Shown here piece by piece: positions 18,183-28,985 of a stretch of DNA of 64,000 bases. Numbering within the stretch: the first letter of the stretch is position 1; each line of letters opens with the position of its first letter. A program made the position numbers and the translations under genes. This DNA is from Kiritimatiellia bacterium (GTDB lineage: Bacteria > Verrucomicrobiota > Kiritimatiellia > UBA8416 > JBFIFS01): positions 503 through 64,502 of the forward strand of contig JBFIFS010000005.1 in assembly GCA_041602695.1 (NCBI GenBank), in the 5' to 3' direction. The notes under the pieces are model-generated. The model searched no databases and had not been told where the DNA came from. It was given only the letters and a program-made list of their open reading frames with translations.

Positions 18183-19528
18183 AAGCACTAAACGCACTAT
18201 TTAAGTTCAAAGGCGGGGTTCACCCGGATTACAACAAGGACCTCTGCAGGGACCAAGAGATAAAGACCATGCCCCTGCCCTCCGTCCTCAAGGTGTCTAT
18301 GTCCCAGCACCTCGGCGCTCCGGCCACGCCACTAGTGAAGAAAGGCGACGAAGTGCTCCGCGGTCAGCTGATCGGCGACTCGTCAGGATTCATTTCGGCT
18401 TCAGTGCACGCTCCTACGTCCGGCAAGGTAGTTGCGGTAGAGCCTGCTGCCACTGCTACCGGCGCGTCCTGCACGGCCGTTTCCATCGAGCCCGACGGCG
18501 AAGACAAGTGGATCGACGGCCTCAAGGGCATTGACAACTGGGAAAACGCCAACAAGAAGGACCTTGTCGAAGCTATAGCTAACGCCGGCATAGTCGGAAT
18601 GGGCGGAGCCGGTTTCCCCACAAACGTTAAGCTTTCGCCCCCTCCGGAAAAGAAAATCACCACACTCATAATCAACGGCGCAGAGTGCGAGCCCTACTTG
18701 ACGGCTGACCACAGGCTGATGCTCGAACAGGCCCAAAAAGTCTGGGACGGCTGCCGCATCATTATGAAAATCCTCGAAGCGGAAAAAATCATCGTCGCAA
18801 TTGAAGACAACAAGCCCGAAGCAATACAGGCAATGGAAAAGGTCATGGAGGGCACCGACCTTAACGCCAGCATAGCGATACTTGCAACGGAATACCCACA
18901 GGGCGCCGAGAAACAGCAGATCTTTTCAACCATAGGCAAAGAGGTGCCTTCCGGCGGCCTCCCAATGGATGTTGGCGCAGTTGTCGAAAACGTTGGGACC
19001 GTTACCGCGATTTATGACGCTATAGTCAAGGGACTTCCGCTGACCGAGAGAGTCACTACTGTCACCGGCGGAGTGATCGCCGAGCCGGGCAATGTCGTCA
19101 ACCGTATTGGTACAAGCTTTCAGGACCTCATCGATTTCTGCGGAGGATTCAAGAGCAAAGCGGCGAAAGTCATTGCCGGCGGCCCCATGATGGGATTTGC
19201 GCAGGCGAACACCGCGACCACGACCACGAAGACTACTTCCGGCATACTCTGCCTTGGTCCCGAGAAAGCCTGCTCCTATGAGTCAATGCCCTGCATATCA
19301 TGCGGGAGATGCGTCAGCGCATGCCCCATGAAGCTCGTACCCTCTGAGCTGAGCCAGTATCTTGAGGCAGAGGATTACGAGGGAGCGGAAGAGATTAACG
19401 TCATGGACTGCATCGAGTGCGGGTGCTGCGCGTTTGAGTGCCCCGCGAAACGACCGCTCGTCCAGCACATGAGGCAGGGCAAGGCCCACGTGATGATTAA
19501 GAGGCGTGCGGCCCAAGCGAAGAAATAG
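18179..19528 (+). CDS. rnfC: Rnf complex subunit C
   Basis: 449 aa with GMGGAGFPT, INGAECEPYLTADHRLM and two 4Fe-4S motifs, CISCGRCVSACP and CIECGCCAFECP. Confidence 0.95.
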   Translation: MKALNALFKFKGGVHPDYNKDLCRDQEIKTMPLPSVLKVSMSQHLGAPATPLVKKGDEVLRGQLIGDSSGFISASVHAPTSGKVVAVEPAATATGASCTAVSIEPDGEDKWIDGLKGIDNWENANKKDLVEAIANAGIVGMGGAGFPTNVKLSPPPEKKITTLIINGAECEPYLTADHRLMLEQAQKVWDGCRIIMKILEAEKIIVAIEDNKPEAIQAMEKVMEGTDLNASIAILATEYPQGAEKQQIFSTIGKEVPSGGLPMDVGAVVENVGTVTAIYDAIVKGLPLTERVTTVTGGVIAEPGNVVNRIGTSFQDLIDFCGGFKSKAAKVIAGGPMMGFAQANTATTTTKTTSGILCLGPEKACSYESMPCISCGRCVSACPMKLVPSELSQYLEAEDYEGAEEINVMDCIECGCCAFECPAKRPLVQHMRQGKAHVMIKRRAAQAKK

Positions 19529-19537
19529 AGCTTTAGA

Positions 19538-20557
19538 ATGACAGAAAAGACCGAAAACAAAGAGGCCTCAGTACAGAAGCTGATCGTAAGCTCCTCACCG
19601 CATGCGCATTCCGGGGCGTCGGTGCGAGGCATCATGCTTGATGTGATAATCGCCATGATTCCCGCAATGGCGGCATCAGTGTTCTATTTCGGCCTGGACG
19701 CCGTGCGCCTTCTCCTGGCCTGCGTAGCAGCTTCCGTCGTAACCGAGGTCGCCTCGAGGAAGCTGATGGCACGCGACAAAGGCATCGGGGACCTGAGCGC
19801 GGTCGTTACGGGCATACTTCTCGCATTCAACCTGCCTCCTTCCCTGCCCACGTGGATGGCCGTAGTCGGATCAATCATCGCCATAGGCATCGCAAAGCAG
19901 GTCTTCGGAGGAATCGGATACAATCCTTTCAACCCGGCACTTGTCGGCCGAGTAGCCCTTCTCATCTCGTTCCCTGTCGCTATGACAACATGGTCAGAGT
20001 GGATCATTCCCAACCCCATTGGAATAGACGCCGTATCAACAGCCACCCCCCTTGGCCTGGTCAAGACGTCGCTTGGCGCAGGAAAAGGCATGCCCTTTGT
20101 TTTTGACTCCGCAACGGCGTGGCAGTTCTTCATGGGGCATACCAACGGCTGCATAGGCGAGACCTCGGCCTTCGCCCTTATTCTGGGCGGCATATACCTG
20201 CTGTGGCGGCGATGCATATCATGGCATGTACCGGTCTTCTATATTGGCACTGTTGCCGTATCAGCATTCCTGCTCAAGACGTTGTCACCGGGAACAAACA
20301 TGCCTGTCGCCTACCACCTCCTTGCCGGCGGACTCATGCTGGGCGCCCTGTTTATGGCCACTGACATGGTTACCTCGCCCATCACAAAGAAGGGAATGGC
20401 CATCTTCGGAATTGGATGCGGACTGCTCACTATAATCATCAGGAAATGGGGCGGTTATCCTGAAGGAGTAAGCTTCGCGATATTGATCATGAACTCGATA
20501 ACGCCTCTGATTAACCGGTTCACAAGGCCTAAGATCTTCGGGGCCAGAAAGAAATGA
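19538..20557 (+). CDS. rnfD: Rnf complex subunit D
   Basis: 339 aa, polytopic; SSSPHAH near the N-terminus and ATDMVTSPIT typical of RnfD/NqrB. Confidence 0.93.
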   Translation: MTEKTENKEASVQKLIVSSSPHAHSGASVRGIMLDVIIAMIPAMAASVFYFGLDAVRLLLACVAASVVTEVASRKLMARDKGIGDLSAVVTGILLAFNLPPSLPTWMAVVGSIIAIGIAKQVFGGIGYNPFNPALVGRVALLISFPVAMTTWSEWIIPNPIGIDAVSTATPLGLVKTSLGAGKGMPFVFDSATAWQFFMGHTNGCIGETSAFALILGGIYLLWRRCISWHVPVFYIGTVAVSAFLLKTLSPGTNMPVAYHLLAGGLMLGALFMATDMVTSPITKKGMAIFGIGCGLLTIIIRKWGGYPEGVSFAILIMNSITPLINRFTRPKIFGARKK

Positions 20558-21141
20558 AAGACACCATCAAATTAATTGCCGTGCTGGTAATCATCTGCGC
20601 CGTCGCAGGTTCACTTCTGGCCTGGGTCCACAAAGTGACTTACGAGCCAATCCAGGAGACCGAGCGCAAGGTGCGCAACGACGCAATGAAGGAAGTCCTG
20701 CCCCAGTACGATAACGACCCAATAGCCGAGGCAGTCGCCATTACCGCAGATGGCGGCGAATGGACTTTCAATGTCGCCAGGATGGGCGGCAAATTTGTCG
20801 GCGCGGCTTTCGAAACAACGTCCTCCAAGGGTTACGGCGGGAACATCGTAATCATGGTCGGAGTCAACGCGGATGACGCGGTCCAGGCAGTAAAGATTCT
20901 TAAACAGAAAGAAACTCCCGGACTTGGTGCCAAGATAGAAGATCCCGAGTGGCGCGCGCAGTTTAACGGCAGGAGCATCAGCGAGACAAAGTGGGCCGTC
21001 CAGAAGGACCAGGGTGACATCGACCAGATCACGGCAGCTACAATATCTTCGCGTGCAGTCACAGAGGCCGTAAAACAGGGGTTGAGTGTATATACCGGCA
21101 ATCGAGCTGAAATCACCAAGGCGGCGGGAGAAGCCAAATGA
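20554..21141 (+). CDS. rnfG: Rnf complex subunit G
   Basis: 195 aa with an N-terminal membrane anchor and the FMN-binding-type motif DQITAATISSRAV; 4-nt overlaps with both neighbours. Confidence 0.9.
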   Translation: MKDTIKLIAVLVIICAVAGSLLAWVHKVTYEPIQETERKVRNDAMKEVLPQYDNDPIAEAVAITADGGEWTFNVARMGGKFVGAAFETTSSKGYGGNIVIMVGVNADDAVQAVKILKQKETPGLGAKIEDPEWRAQFNGRSISETKWAVQKDQGDIDQITAATISSRAVTEAVKQGLSVYTGNRAEITKAAGEAK

Positions 21142-21818
21142 AATTCTGGAACGAAGTAATAAAGGGACTTTGGAAGGAAAACCCCATCTTCCGTCTTGTC
21201 CTCGGAATGTGCCCTACCCTCGCAGTCACGACTTCACTGGAAAACAGCCTGGGAATGGGCATGGCCGCCACATTCGTGCTGCTGTGCTCAAATATCGTGA
21301 TCTCTGTCATCAGAAACATAATCCCGTCAAAGGTTCGTATTCCCTGCTACATCGTGGTTATCGCGTCTTTCGTTACGATCGTTGACCTGCTGATGAATGC
21401 CTTCGCCTATAAGCTCTACGAGAGCCTTGGCCTGTTCATTCCGCTCATCGTTGTTAACTGCATAATTCTCGGCCGCGCGGAGGCCTTTGCCTCAAAGAAT
21501 TCAACTATGATGTCTGTTGCTGACGGGATCGGCATGGGGCTCGGATTCACTCTTGGGCTGGCAGTTTTAGGTATCTTTCGCGAAGTCCTTGGAGCCGGAA
21601 CCATAACTGTCTGGGGTGACCTTAAAATGACGGTCAAGGGAATGGAGCCCATGCTGCTTCTCATTCTGGCACCGGGCGGATTCATCGCGCTGGGACTTCT
21701 GCTGGGATTCATGAATCACATCCAGAATCGTCTCTCGCTGCGCAAGGGCAAGGGCTACGTGACACCCCCTACCCTCGATTGCCGCCATTGTGTCATGTGC
21801 AAATGGGGAGAAGAGTAA
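21138..21818 (+). CDS. rnfE: Rnf complex subunit E
   Basis: 226 aa with NPIFRLVLGMCPTLAVTTS and LFIPLIVVNCIILGRAEAFA, typical of RnfE/NqrD. Confidence 0.93.
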   Translation: MKFWNEVIKGLWKENPIFRLVLGMCPTLAVTTSLENSLGMGMAATFVLLCSNIVISVIRNIIPSKVRIPCYIVVIASFVTIVDLLMNAFAYKLYESLGLFIPLIVVNCIILGRAEAFASKNSTMMSVADGIGMGLGFTLGLAVLGIFREVLGAGTITVWGDLKMTVKGMEPMLLLILAPGGFIALGLLLGFMNHIQNRLSLRKGKGYVTPPTLDCRHCVMCKWGEE

Positions 21819-21831
21819 GCCCTGCGGCTTA
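21816..21831. terminator. Short hairpin TAAGCC-CTGC-GGCTTA formed by the two convergent stop codons (rnfE TAA and the antiporter TAA)
   Basis: Perfect 6-bp inverted repeat with a 4-nt loop, read directly; no T-run on either side, so function as a terminator is doubtful. Confidence 0.3.
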
Positions 21832-23994
21832 TTCCCCGCTCGTAAGAACTTTCAGCATTTCAGCTGACGTACTGCACTTGAGAAGCCTCTCCCGCCCTTT
21901 CTCATCAAGGACCTGGCTGATCACGGAGAGGAATCGCACGTGGGGCCCCGAACTGCTCTGCGGCGACAGCACCATGACGAATATGCGGGACGGCTGACCA
22001 TCGAGAGAATCCCAGTCGATGCCTTCTTTCCGTATCCCAACGGCGCAAACCATGTGAGAAACAGCGTCCGTCTTACCGTGCGGCAAAGCTATGCCGTACT
22101 GCATCCCAGTCGACATGCTTTCCTCCCTTTGCCATACGGCTTTACGGGCGGCGTCAACGTCAGTCAGCAGTCCTGCTGCCCTGATCTTATCCAGGAGCTC
22201 ATCTATAACGGTCTCCTTCGCAGCGCCCTGAAGGTCAGGGATAAGGACGTCGTCAGTAAGCTTCTCCTTAAGACTCAACCCTGTGCCGGCGCCCTGGACC
22301 GCTTTCTGTACGCCTTCAGCAAGGGACATTCTGTCTATGGGTTCCCGAAGGGCCTTCGAAATCCTGTCCAGGTCAGCAAGCACCTCGTAAACAGCGGTAT
22401 GTATAAAGGGCACATCCTTCTCGGCGCAATTGAACGTGAACTGTGTTCCCTTCCTGGCAAGAGACACAACTGTGTCATCCTTGCGCATCTGGAAAAGGTG
22501 CTCCCTTCTATTGAGCGTGTGTACGAAGAATCCGTCCTCCGCAAACACGTCCAGAAGCTTCCTCTGGAGAAGCTGGGCGAATTCCGGGGACGGAAAATCC
22601 ATAACGACCGACTCGCCGGTCTTTCGCTTGTCTTCCTTCCGCATGCCTGAGCCGCCGCTCTTGAACAGCCGGGTCAGGACGGGCGGGACGACGAGGGTCG
22701 TTAGAAACGTCATCATCACGGCAACGGCGAAGCCCTGCTGATCCAGCGCTCCGGTCGTCAGGGCCAGGCCCGCCATTATCAGGGTGACCTCTCCCCTCGG
22801 GAGCATGCCTACACCTATGCGGAGAGCGCCCCTCCTGTTGAACCCGCAGAGCAGTGAAGGTATGCCGCAGCCCACGACTTTTCCAATCATTCCGACTGCC
22901 GTAAAACAAACCGTGAGCGTTATGACCGATACCGAGGCAAAGAGCCGCAGGTCCACAAGCATGCCCATTACCGCAAAGAAGGCAGGAACGAGCAGGTCGG
23001 ACATGGGCGCAAGCTGTTCGCGGATGACATGGTTAACGTCGGTGCGAGAGAGAGACAGGCCCATCACGTAGGCCCCGATTATCAGGGCCAAACCGGCTTC
23101 CTCGAACAGGCCGGCAAGCATCAGGGCCATACCAAAGGCAATCAGCGCTATGGCCGACCTGTTATGAAACCACTTGAGCATCCTGCCTATCTTCTGCGCC
23201 GCGAGAAGGCCGATGGCGGTAGCTACCAGCCACACCAGTATGGCTTTGAGGGAAATTGCGCCTATGTGCACCCAGTTCACCTGACCCGTCGCTCTCGAGG
23301 CCGTAATGATACCCATTACGACGGCAAGTATCACAATCCCCAGGACGTCGTCGATGATCGCTCCGGAAATCAGAGTCACGCCCTCCGGAGAATCAGTCTT
23401 CCGCATCTCGGACAGAATCCTGGCGGTTATGCCTACCGATGTGGCCGTGAGAATGACTCCAAAGAACAGGGCGTACGGCGTCATTGGCCCGGCATCCGCC
23501 TGGCCCATAATCCTGAGCGCAAACACGGCCGTGGCATTACCGAGCACAAAAGAGAGCAGCACTCCGCCTATGCCGACCATGGATCCCGCGACCGAATAGC
23601 GCATGAGAAGCCCTATATCGGTCTCAAGCCCAACCATGAAAAGCAGTATCACTGCGGCGATTGTGCATATTCCGTAAAGCTCGGCGCTGACAGGAAATGC
23701 TCCAGAATGCGCAAACAAACCGCCTGGAAAACCGGGAATTCCAATTCCGCCGAGCGCAAACGGACCAATTAGGGCCCCGGCAATCAACTCGCCTAGAACT
23801 CCTGGCTGCTTCAACCGGGCAGCCGCTATGGAGCCAAGTTTGGCCGCAACGAGGATTACTCCCAGCTGAATGACGAGAACCATCATTCTATGCGTTATCA
23901 GCTCGTCACCTGCCTGCGCGCCACCCGATGCAAAGGCGGGAGTTACCATAATGAGTGCGGCGGCAGCGGCGAGAGAGAATATCAGCTTCTTCAT
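21829..23994 (-). CDS. CPA2-family cation/proton antiporter (Kef-like) with a C-terminal PTS EIIA type-2 (PtsN/fructose-family) domain
   Basis: 721 aa. Signal-like N-terminus MKKLIFSLAAAAALIMVTPAFASG, about 12 TM helices, a ~110-aa linker domain, then EIIA with the active-site motif GIALPHGKTD and second motif GPHVRFLSVIS. Confidence 0.85.
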   Translation of the reverse strand: MKKLIFSLAAAAALIMVTPAFASGGAQAGDELITHRMMVLVIQLGVILVAAKLGSIAAARLKQPGVLGELIAGALIGPFALGGIGIPGFPGGLFAHSGAFPVSAELYGICTIAAVILLFMVGLETDIGLLMRYSVAGSMVGIGGVLLSFVLGNATAVFALRIMGQADAGPMTPYALFFGVILTATSVGITARILSEMRKTDSPEGVTLISGAIIDDVLGIVILAVVMGIITASRATGQVNWVHIGAISLKAILVWLVATAIGLLAAQKIGRMLKWFHNRSAIALIAFGMALMLAGLFEEAGLALIIGAYVMGLSLSRTDVNHVIREQLAPMSDLLVPAFFAVMGMLVDLRLFASVSVITLTVCFTAVGMIGKVVGCGIPSLLCGFNRRGALRIGVGMLPRGEVTLIMAGLALTTGALDQQGFAVAVMMTFLTTLVVPPVLTRLFKSGGSGMRKEDKRKTGESVVMDFPSPEFAQLLQRKLLDVFAEDGFFVHTLNRREHLFQMRKDDTVVSLARKGTQFTFNCAEKDVPFIHTAVYEVLADLDRISKALREPIDRMSLAEGVQKAVQGAGTGLSLKEKLTDDVLIPDLQGAAKETVIDELLDKIRAAGLLTDVDAARKAVWQREESMSTGMQYGIALPHGKTDAVSHMVCAVGIRKEGIDWDSLDGQPSRIFVMVLSPQSSSGPHVRFLSVISQVLDEKGRERLLKCSTSAEMLKVLTSGE

Positions 23995-24134
23995 TAATCT
24001 GACCGTGATGATACTATGACGCAGGAAAAGACTGGATATAGCAAACTAAGCTGCTCTTGCAAACATGAATGCTCTTTTGCAGCAGCGATCTCATTAGTCT
24101 TGAACTAATTCCGCCTGCTTTCTAAAGTCGTTGG

Positions 24135-25736
24135 ATGGCTGATGTCCGCATAGATCCTTCCGAGCTGGCAAGAATACTCGAAGAAAAGTCGGCCAAATAC
24201 TCGATTGAACTTGGGCCCGAGGAAATTGGGCGAGTAATGGAAGCCGGTGACGGAATCGCCAGGGCTGACGGCATGCCGGGCCTCATGTCCGAGGAAATGG
24301 TAATCTTCTCCGAGGACGTCTACGGAATGGCCATGAACCTTGAACGCAACGATACCGGCATCATCGTTTTCGGCGACCATACCCAGATCCAGCAGAACGA
24401 TGTTGTTAAGCGCACTTGCAAGGTCCTCCAGGTACCGGTGGGCAGGGAGCTCCTCGGACGCGTGGTCACCCCTCTCGGAAGGCCACTTGACGGGCGCGGG
24501 CCTGTTGGTACATCCGAAACGGCCCTGATGGAGGTGGATGCACCCGGGATCGTGGACCGGGAACCTATTGGCGAACCCCTTCAAACTGGCATGAAGAGTA
24601 TTGACTCAATGACCGCTATCGGCCGCGGCCAGAGGGAACTTATCATCGGCGACAGACAGACGGGAAAGACAACCCTGGCCCTGGACACGATCATAAACCA
24701 GAAGCCGGGCGATGTCGCGTGCGTCTATGTTGCCATCGGCCAGAAGATGTCCACCGTGGCAAACTTGGTCAGCGTGCTCGAAGAGCGCGGGGTAATGCAG
24801 AACACGATCGTAGTTGTGGCAACCGCAAGCGATTCTGCGCCGCTTCAGTATATCGCGCCCTTCGCGGGATGCGCCATGGCCGAATATTTCCGCGACAGGG
24901 GAGAGCATTCCCTGATCGTATATGATGATCTCACAAAACATGCCGTGGCCTACAGGGAGATATCACTGCTCCTCAGGCGCCCCCCGGGCCGAGAGGCGTT
25001 TCCCGGTGACATCTTCTACCTGCACAGCCGCCTGCTTGAGCGCGCAGGCCGCATGCACGAGAGTAACGGTGGAGGCTCTCTTACCGCGCTTCCGATAGTT
25101 GAAACCCAGCAGGGCGACTACTCGGCTTATATTCCAACCAACCTGGTCTCGATAACTGACGGACAAATCTACCTGCAGGGCGAGCTGTTCCACCAGGGGT
25201 TCAGGCCTGCCATGAACGTGGGGCTGAGCGTCTCACGCGTCGGCGGCCGGGCCCAGCTTGACGCAATGAAAAAGGTTGCGCTTCAGCTGAGAATTGACCT
25301 GGCCCAGTATCGCGAGGTGGCTTCGTTCGCCCAGCTGACGAGTGAACTTGACCCAGCCACGATGCGCCAACTGCATCGAGGTGAACGCCTGGCTGAAATA
25401 CTGAAGCAGGGCCAGCACGAACCCCTTTCCGTGGAGCGCCAGGTTTCCATCCTTTGGGTGGCCGTAAACGGGCACCTGAAAGACGTATCTATTCCCGATG
25501 TCGCCCGGTTCGAAAAGGAGTGGTTCCAGTTTGTTGAAAACGCCTATCCCGACATAGGCAAGACAATAAGGGACACCGGTGATATTCCGAAACCAACGGA
25601 AGAGCAGCTCAGGGAAGCAATCGGCAGATTTCATGAGATATTCATTCCGACGATAAAGGCGGAGACACTCGGCAAAGAAAGAATCGTCATGACCGAGGAG
25701 AACTCAGCCGGAGGTGAAGCGGCGGGAGCCGCTTAG
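24135..25736 (+). CDS. atpA: F1 ATP synthase alpha subunit
   Basis: 533 aa with Walker A GDRQTGKT, LIVYDDLTKHA, PGREAFPGDIFYLHSRLLERA. Confidence 0.97.
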   Translation: MADVRIDPSELARILEEKSAKYSIELGPEEIGRVMEAGDGIARADGMPGLMSEEMVIFSEDVYGMAMNLERNDTGIIVFGDHTQIQQNDVVKRTCKVLQVPVGRELLGRVVTPLGRPLDGRGPVGTSETALMEVDAPGIVDREPIGEPLQTGMKSIDSMTAIGRGQRELIIGDRQTGKTTLALDTIINQKPGDVACVYVAIGQKMSTVANLVSVLEERGVMQNTIVVVATASDSAPLQYIAPFAGCAMAEYFRDRGEHSLIVYDDLTKHAVAYREISLLLRRPPGREAFPGDIFYLHSRLLERAGRMHESNGGGSLTALPIVETQQGDYSAYIPTNLVSITDGQIYLQGELFHQGFRPAMNVGLSVSRVGGRAQLDAMKKVALQLRIDLAQYREVASFAQLTSELDPATMRQLHRGERLAEILKQGQHEPLSVERQVSILWVAVNGHLKDVSIPDVARFEKEWFQFVENAYPDIGKTIRDTGDIPKPTEEQLREAIGRFHEIFIPTIKAETLGKERIVMTEENSAGGEAAGAA

Positions 25737-25747
25737 AATGGGGACCC

Positions 25748-26638
25748 GTGTCTGTAGAACTTAGAGACGTAAAAAGGCGCATCAACAGCACGCGCCATAT
25801 CGGAAAAGTGACGTCTGCCCTTCAGCAGGTTTCATCAGCCAAGCTGGCAAGGGCGCGCCGGAACGTTAAGAGCAGCTCGCTGTACACAGAACAGGCCATC
25901 GCCCTGCTGCAGGGTATCGTAGGGTCAGGGTCCACACTTGAACATCCGCTCCTCAGGAATCCTTCCAGTGCTCCGATATGCGTTCTGGTCATCGGCTCTG
26001 ACCGTGGACTCTGCGGCGGCTACAACAGCGCCGTCATGGACCTGCTGACCTCACTGGCGAGGGCTGAAGGAAAGGAGAACCTCGCGCTGATAGTCGTGGG
26101 AGATATCCCGCGCAAGCGTGCGGCCGCCCTTGGCCTAAGGATCGATCAGTCCCACAGACTTCCTTCACTTGAGAACAGGCCTGAGCTAATCGACTCCATT
26201 GCCGGGCAGATGTCCGCCGGCTTCATTAATGGCTCTTACGGCCGGGCAATGATGATATATACTCATTTCATTTCTCCTATAGACAAGGACGCGCTCATTA
26301 AGAATATTCTTCCGCTGTCTGCCATCGATATCCTTGAAGGACTAGGGACGGCGCCGCCCGACCCGAGGGTCTACAGCACGGCAATCTACGATCCCTCCGC
26401 ACCCGAACTGGTGGAAAGACTCGTACCGGAAGTCCTCAGGCAGGCAATAGACTACGCCTATCTTCACAGCGTCTGCTCCGAGGATGCCTACCGCCAGGAA
26501 GCAATGATGCGTGCATCCGACAACGCACAGGAGATGCTAAGAGAATTGAAGCTTTCATACAGCAGGCTGCGCCAGCAGGATATAACTACCGAAATGCTGG
26601 AAATTGCGGCATCGGGCGGAATGTCAGCGGGAAACTGA
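25748..26638 (+). CDS. atpG: F1 ATP synthase gamma subunit
   Basis: 296 aa with a GTG start; N-terminal RINSTRHIGKVTSALQQVSSAKLARA and C-terminal RQQDITTEMLEIA helices typical of gamma. Confidence 0.9.
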   Translation: MSVELRDVKRRINSTRHIGKVTSALQQVSSAKLARARRNVKSSSLYTEQAIALLQGIVGSGSTLEHPLLRNPSSAPICVLVIGSDRGLCGGYNSAVMDLLTSLARAEGKENLALIVVGDIPRKRAAALGLRIDQSHRLPSLENRPELIDSIAGQMSAGFINGSYGRAMMIYTHFISPIDKDALIKNILPLSAIDILEGLGTAPPDPRVYSTAIYDPSAPELVERLVPEVLRQAIDYAYLHSVCSEDAYRQEAMMRASDNAQEMLRELKLSYSRLRQQDITTEMLEIAASGGMSAGN

Positions 26639-26641
26639 TAA

Positions 26642-28042
<1,401 letters not shown>

Positions 28043-28045
28043 CTT

Positions 28046-28312
28046 ATGAGCGAACTGCGAGTCAGGATCATCACGCCGCAGGAGTCAACCACGGAAAAAG
28101 AAGTCACCTCGGCAGGATTCGAAGCCGAATCAGGTAGGCTCACGATCCTGGAACACCACCAGTCTATGGTCTGCTCCCTCTCCGAAGGCATTACCGTGCT
28201 CAGCATGCCGGACGGCGAGGAAAGGTGGTCGACTGGAAAAGGCGTCCTGCAGGTCAGCAACAACCTCGTGACCGTGCTGGTTCACAAAGCGGCCCTCATT
28301 TCAGGAAGGTGA
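28046..28312 (+). CDS. atpC: F1 ATP synthase epsilon subunit, short form (beta-sandwich only)
   Basis: 88 aa directly after atpD; LRVRIITPQ...SGRLTILEHHQSMVCSL pattern of the epsilon N-terminal domain. There is no C-terminal helical hairpin. Confidence 0.8.
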   Translation: MSELRVRIITPQESTTEKEVTSAGFEAESGRLTILEHHQSMVCSLSEGITVLSMPDGEERWSTGKGVLQVSNNLVTVLVHKAALISGR

Positions 28313-28333
28313 CCGGCCCTCACGGGGCAGGCC

Positions 28334-28828
28334 TCAGAACTGGGCGAAAGGGCCCTTGAACACGATTCCCAGATAGTACGCGCAGGTAACTATAAGCCCA
28401 ACGAGTATCCCCACGATCATGCCCATAAATACCTCCAGGCGTGTGTGCCCCAGGAGCTCTTTCAGCCGCTTCTGCGAGATGGCATGACCATGAAAAAGTT
28501 CATCTATGATTTCATTGAGTACGCCGGCCTGCTGGCCCGCCGCCCTCCTGACGGTCGAAGCGTCAAACATAGTTATTATCGCGAAACATAAGGCAACTAC
28601 GAACTCCGGAGAATCAAAGCCTTGCGTAATACCTATTGAAGTCGCCAGTCCCGACACCGTTGCCGAGTGAGCACTAGGCATGCCCCCAGTGCTGACAAAG
28701 TATCGAAAATCCACCCGCTTACGCAGGATGAACCCGCACATCATCTTCACGAACTGCGCGATCATCCATGCGAGAAAGGCCGACCAGAAGCCAGCCGAGG
28801 AAAAAACATCTAAGACTTGTAACTGCAT
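28334..28828 (-). CDS. Divergent PAP2 / DUF212-family membrane protein (acid-phosphatase/haloperoxidase-related)
   Basis: ORF 28334..28870 (TTG). Motif TGGMPSAHSATVSGLATS plus RRAAGQQAG...LKELLGHTRLEV typical of DUF212. Start trimmed to the internal ATG (MQLQVLDVF..., 28828 by track arithmetic). Confidence 0.8.
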   Translation of the reverse strand: MQLQVLDVFSSAGFWSAFLAWMIAQFVKMMCGFILRKRVDFRYFVSTGGMPSAHSATVSGLATSIGITQGFDSPEFVVALCFAIITMFDASTVRRAAGQQAGVLNEIIDELFHGHAISQKRLKELLGHTRLEVFMGMIVGILVGLIVTCAYYLGIVFKGPFAQF

Positions 28829-28923
28829 GACTAGAACCGGAATATTCTCCGCATAACCCGTTCCGGTCAAGGATTTTCACAGTATTCACCAATCTAACCC
28901 GCGGAGAACAGGCCAGTCTTAGC

Positions 28924-28953
28924 TTGATAAGCCCTGCTGATCACTATTATACT
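28924..28953 (+). promoter_or_regulatory. Candidate sigma70-type promoter for the FHA-sigma54 activator gene (TTGATA ... TATTATACT)
   Basis: TTGATA at 28924-28929. The overlapping -10 candidates ATTATA, TTATAC and TATACT start at 28946, 28947 and 28948, 16, 17 and 18 nt downstream respectively. About 33 nt upstream of ATG 28986. Confidence 0.35.
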
Positions 28954-28985
28954 CATGGTTTCAGTAGTACTCAGCCAGGTGCACA

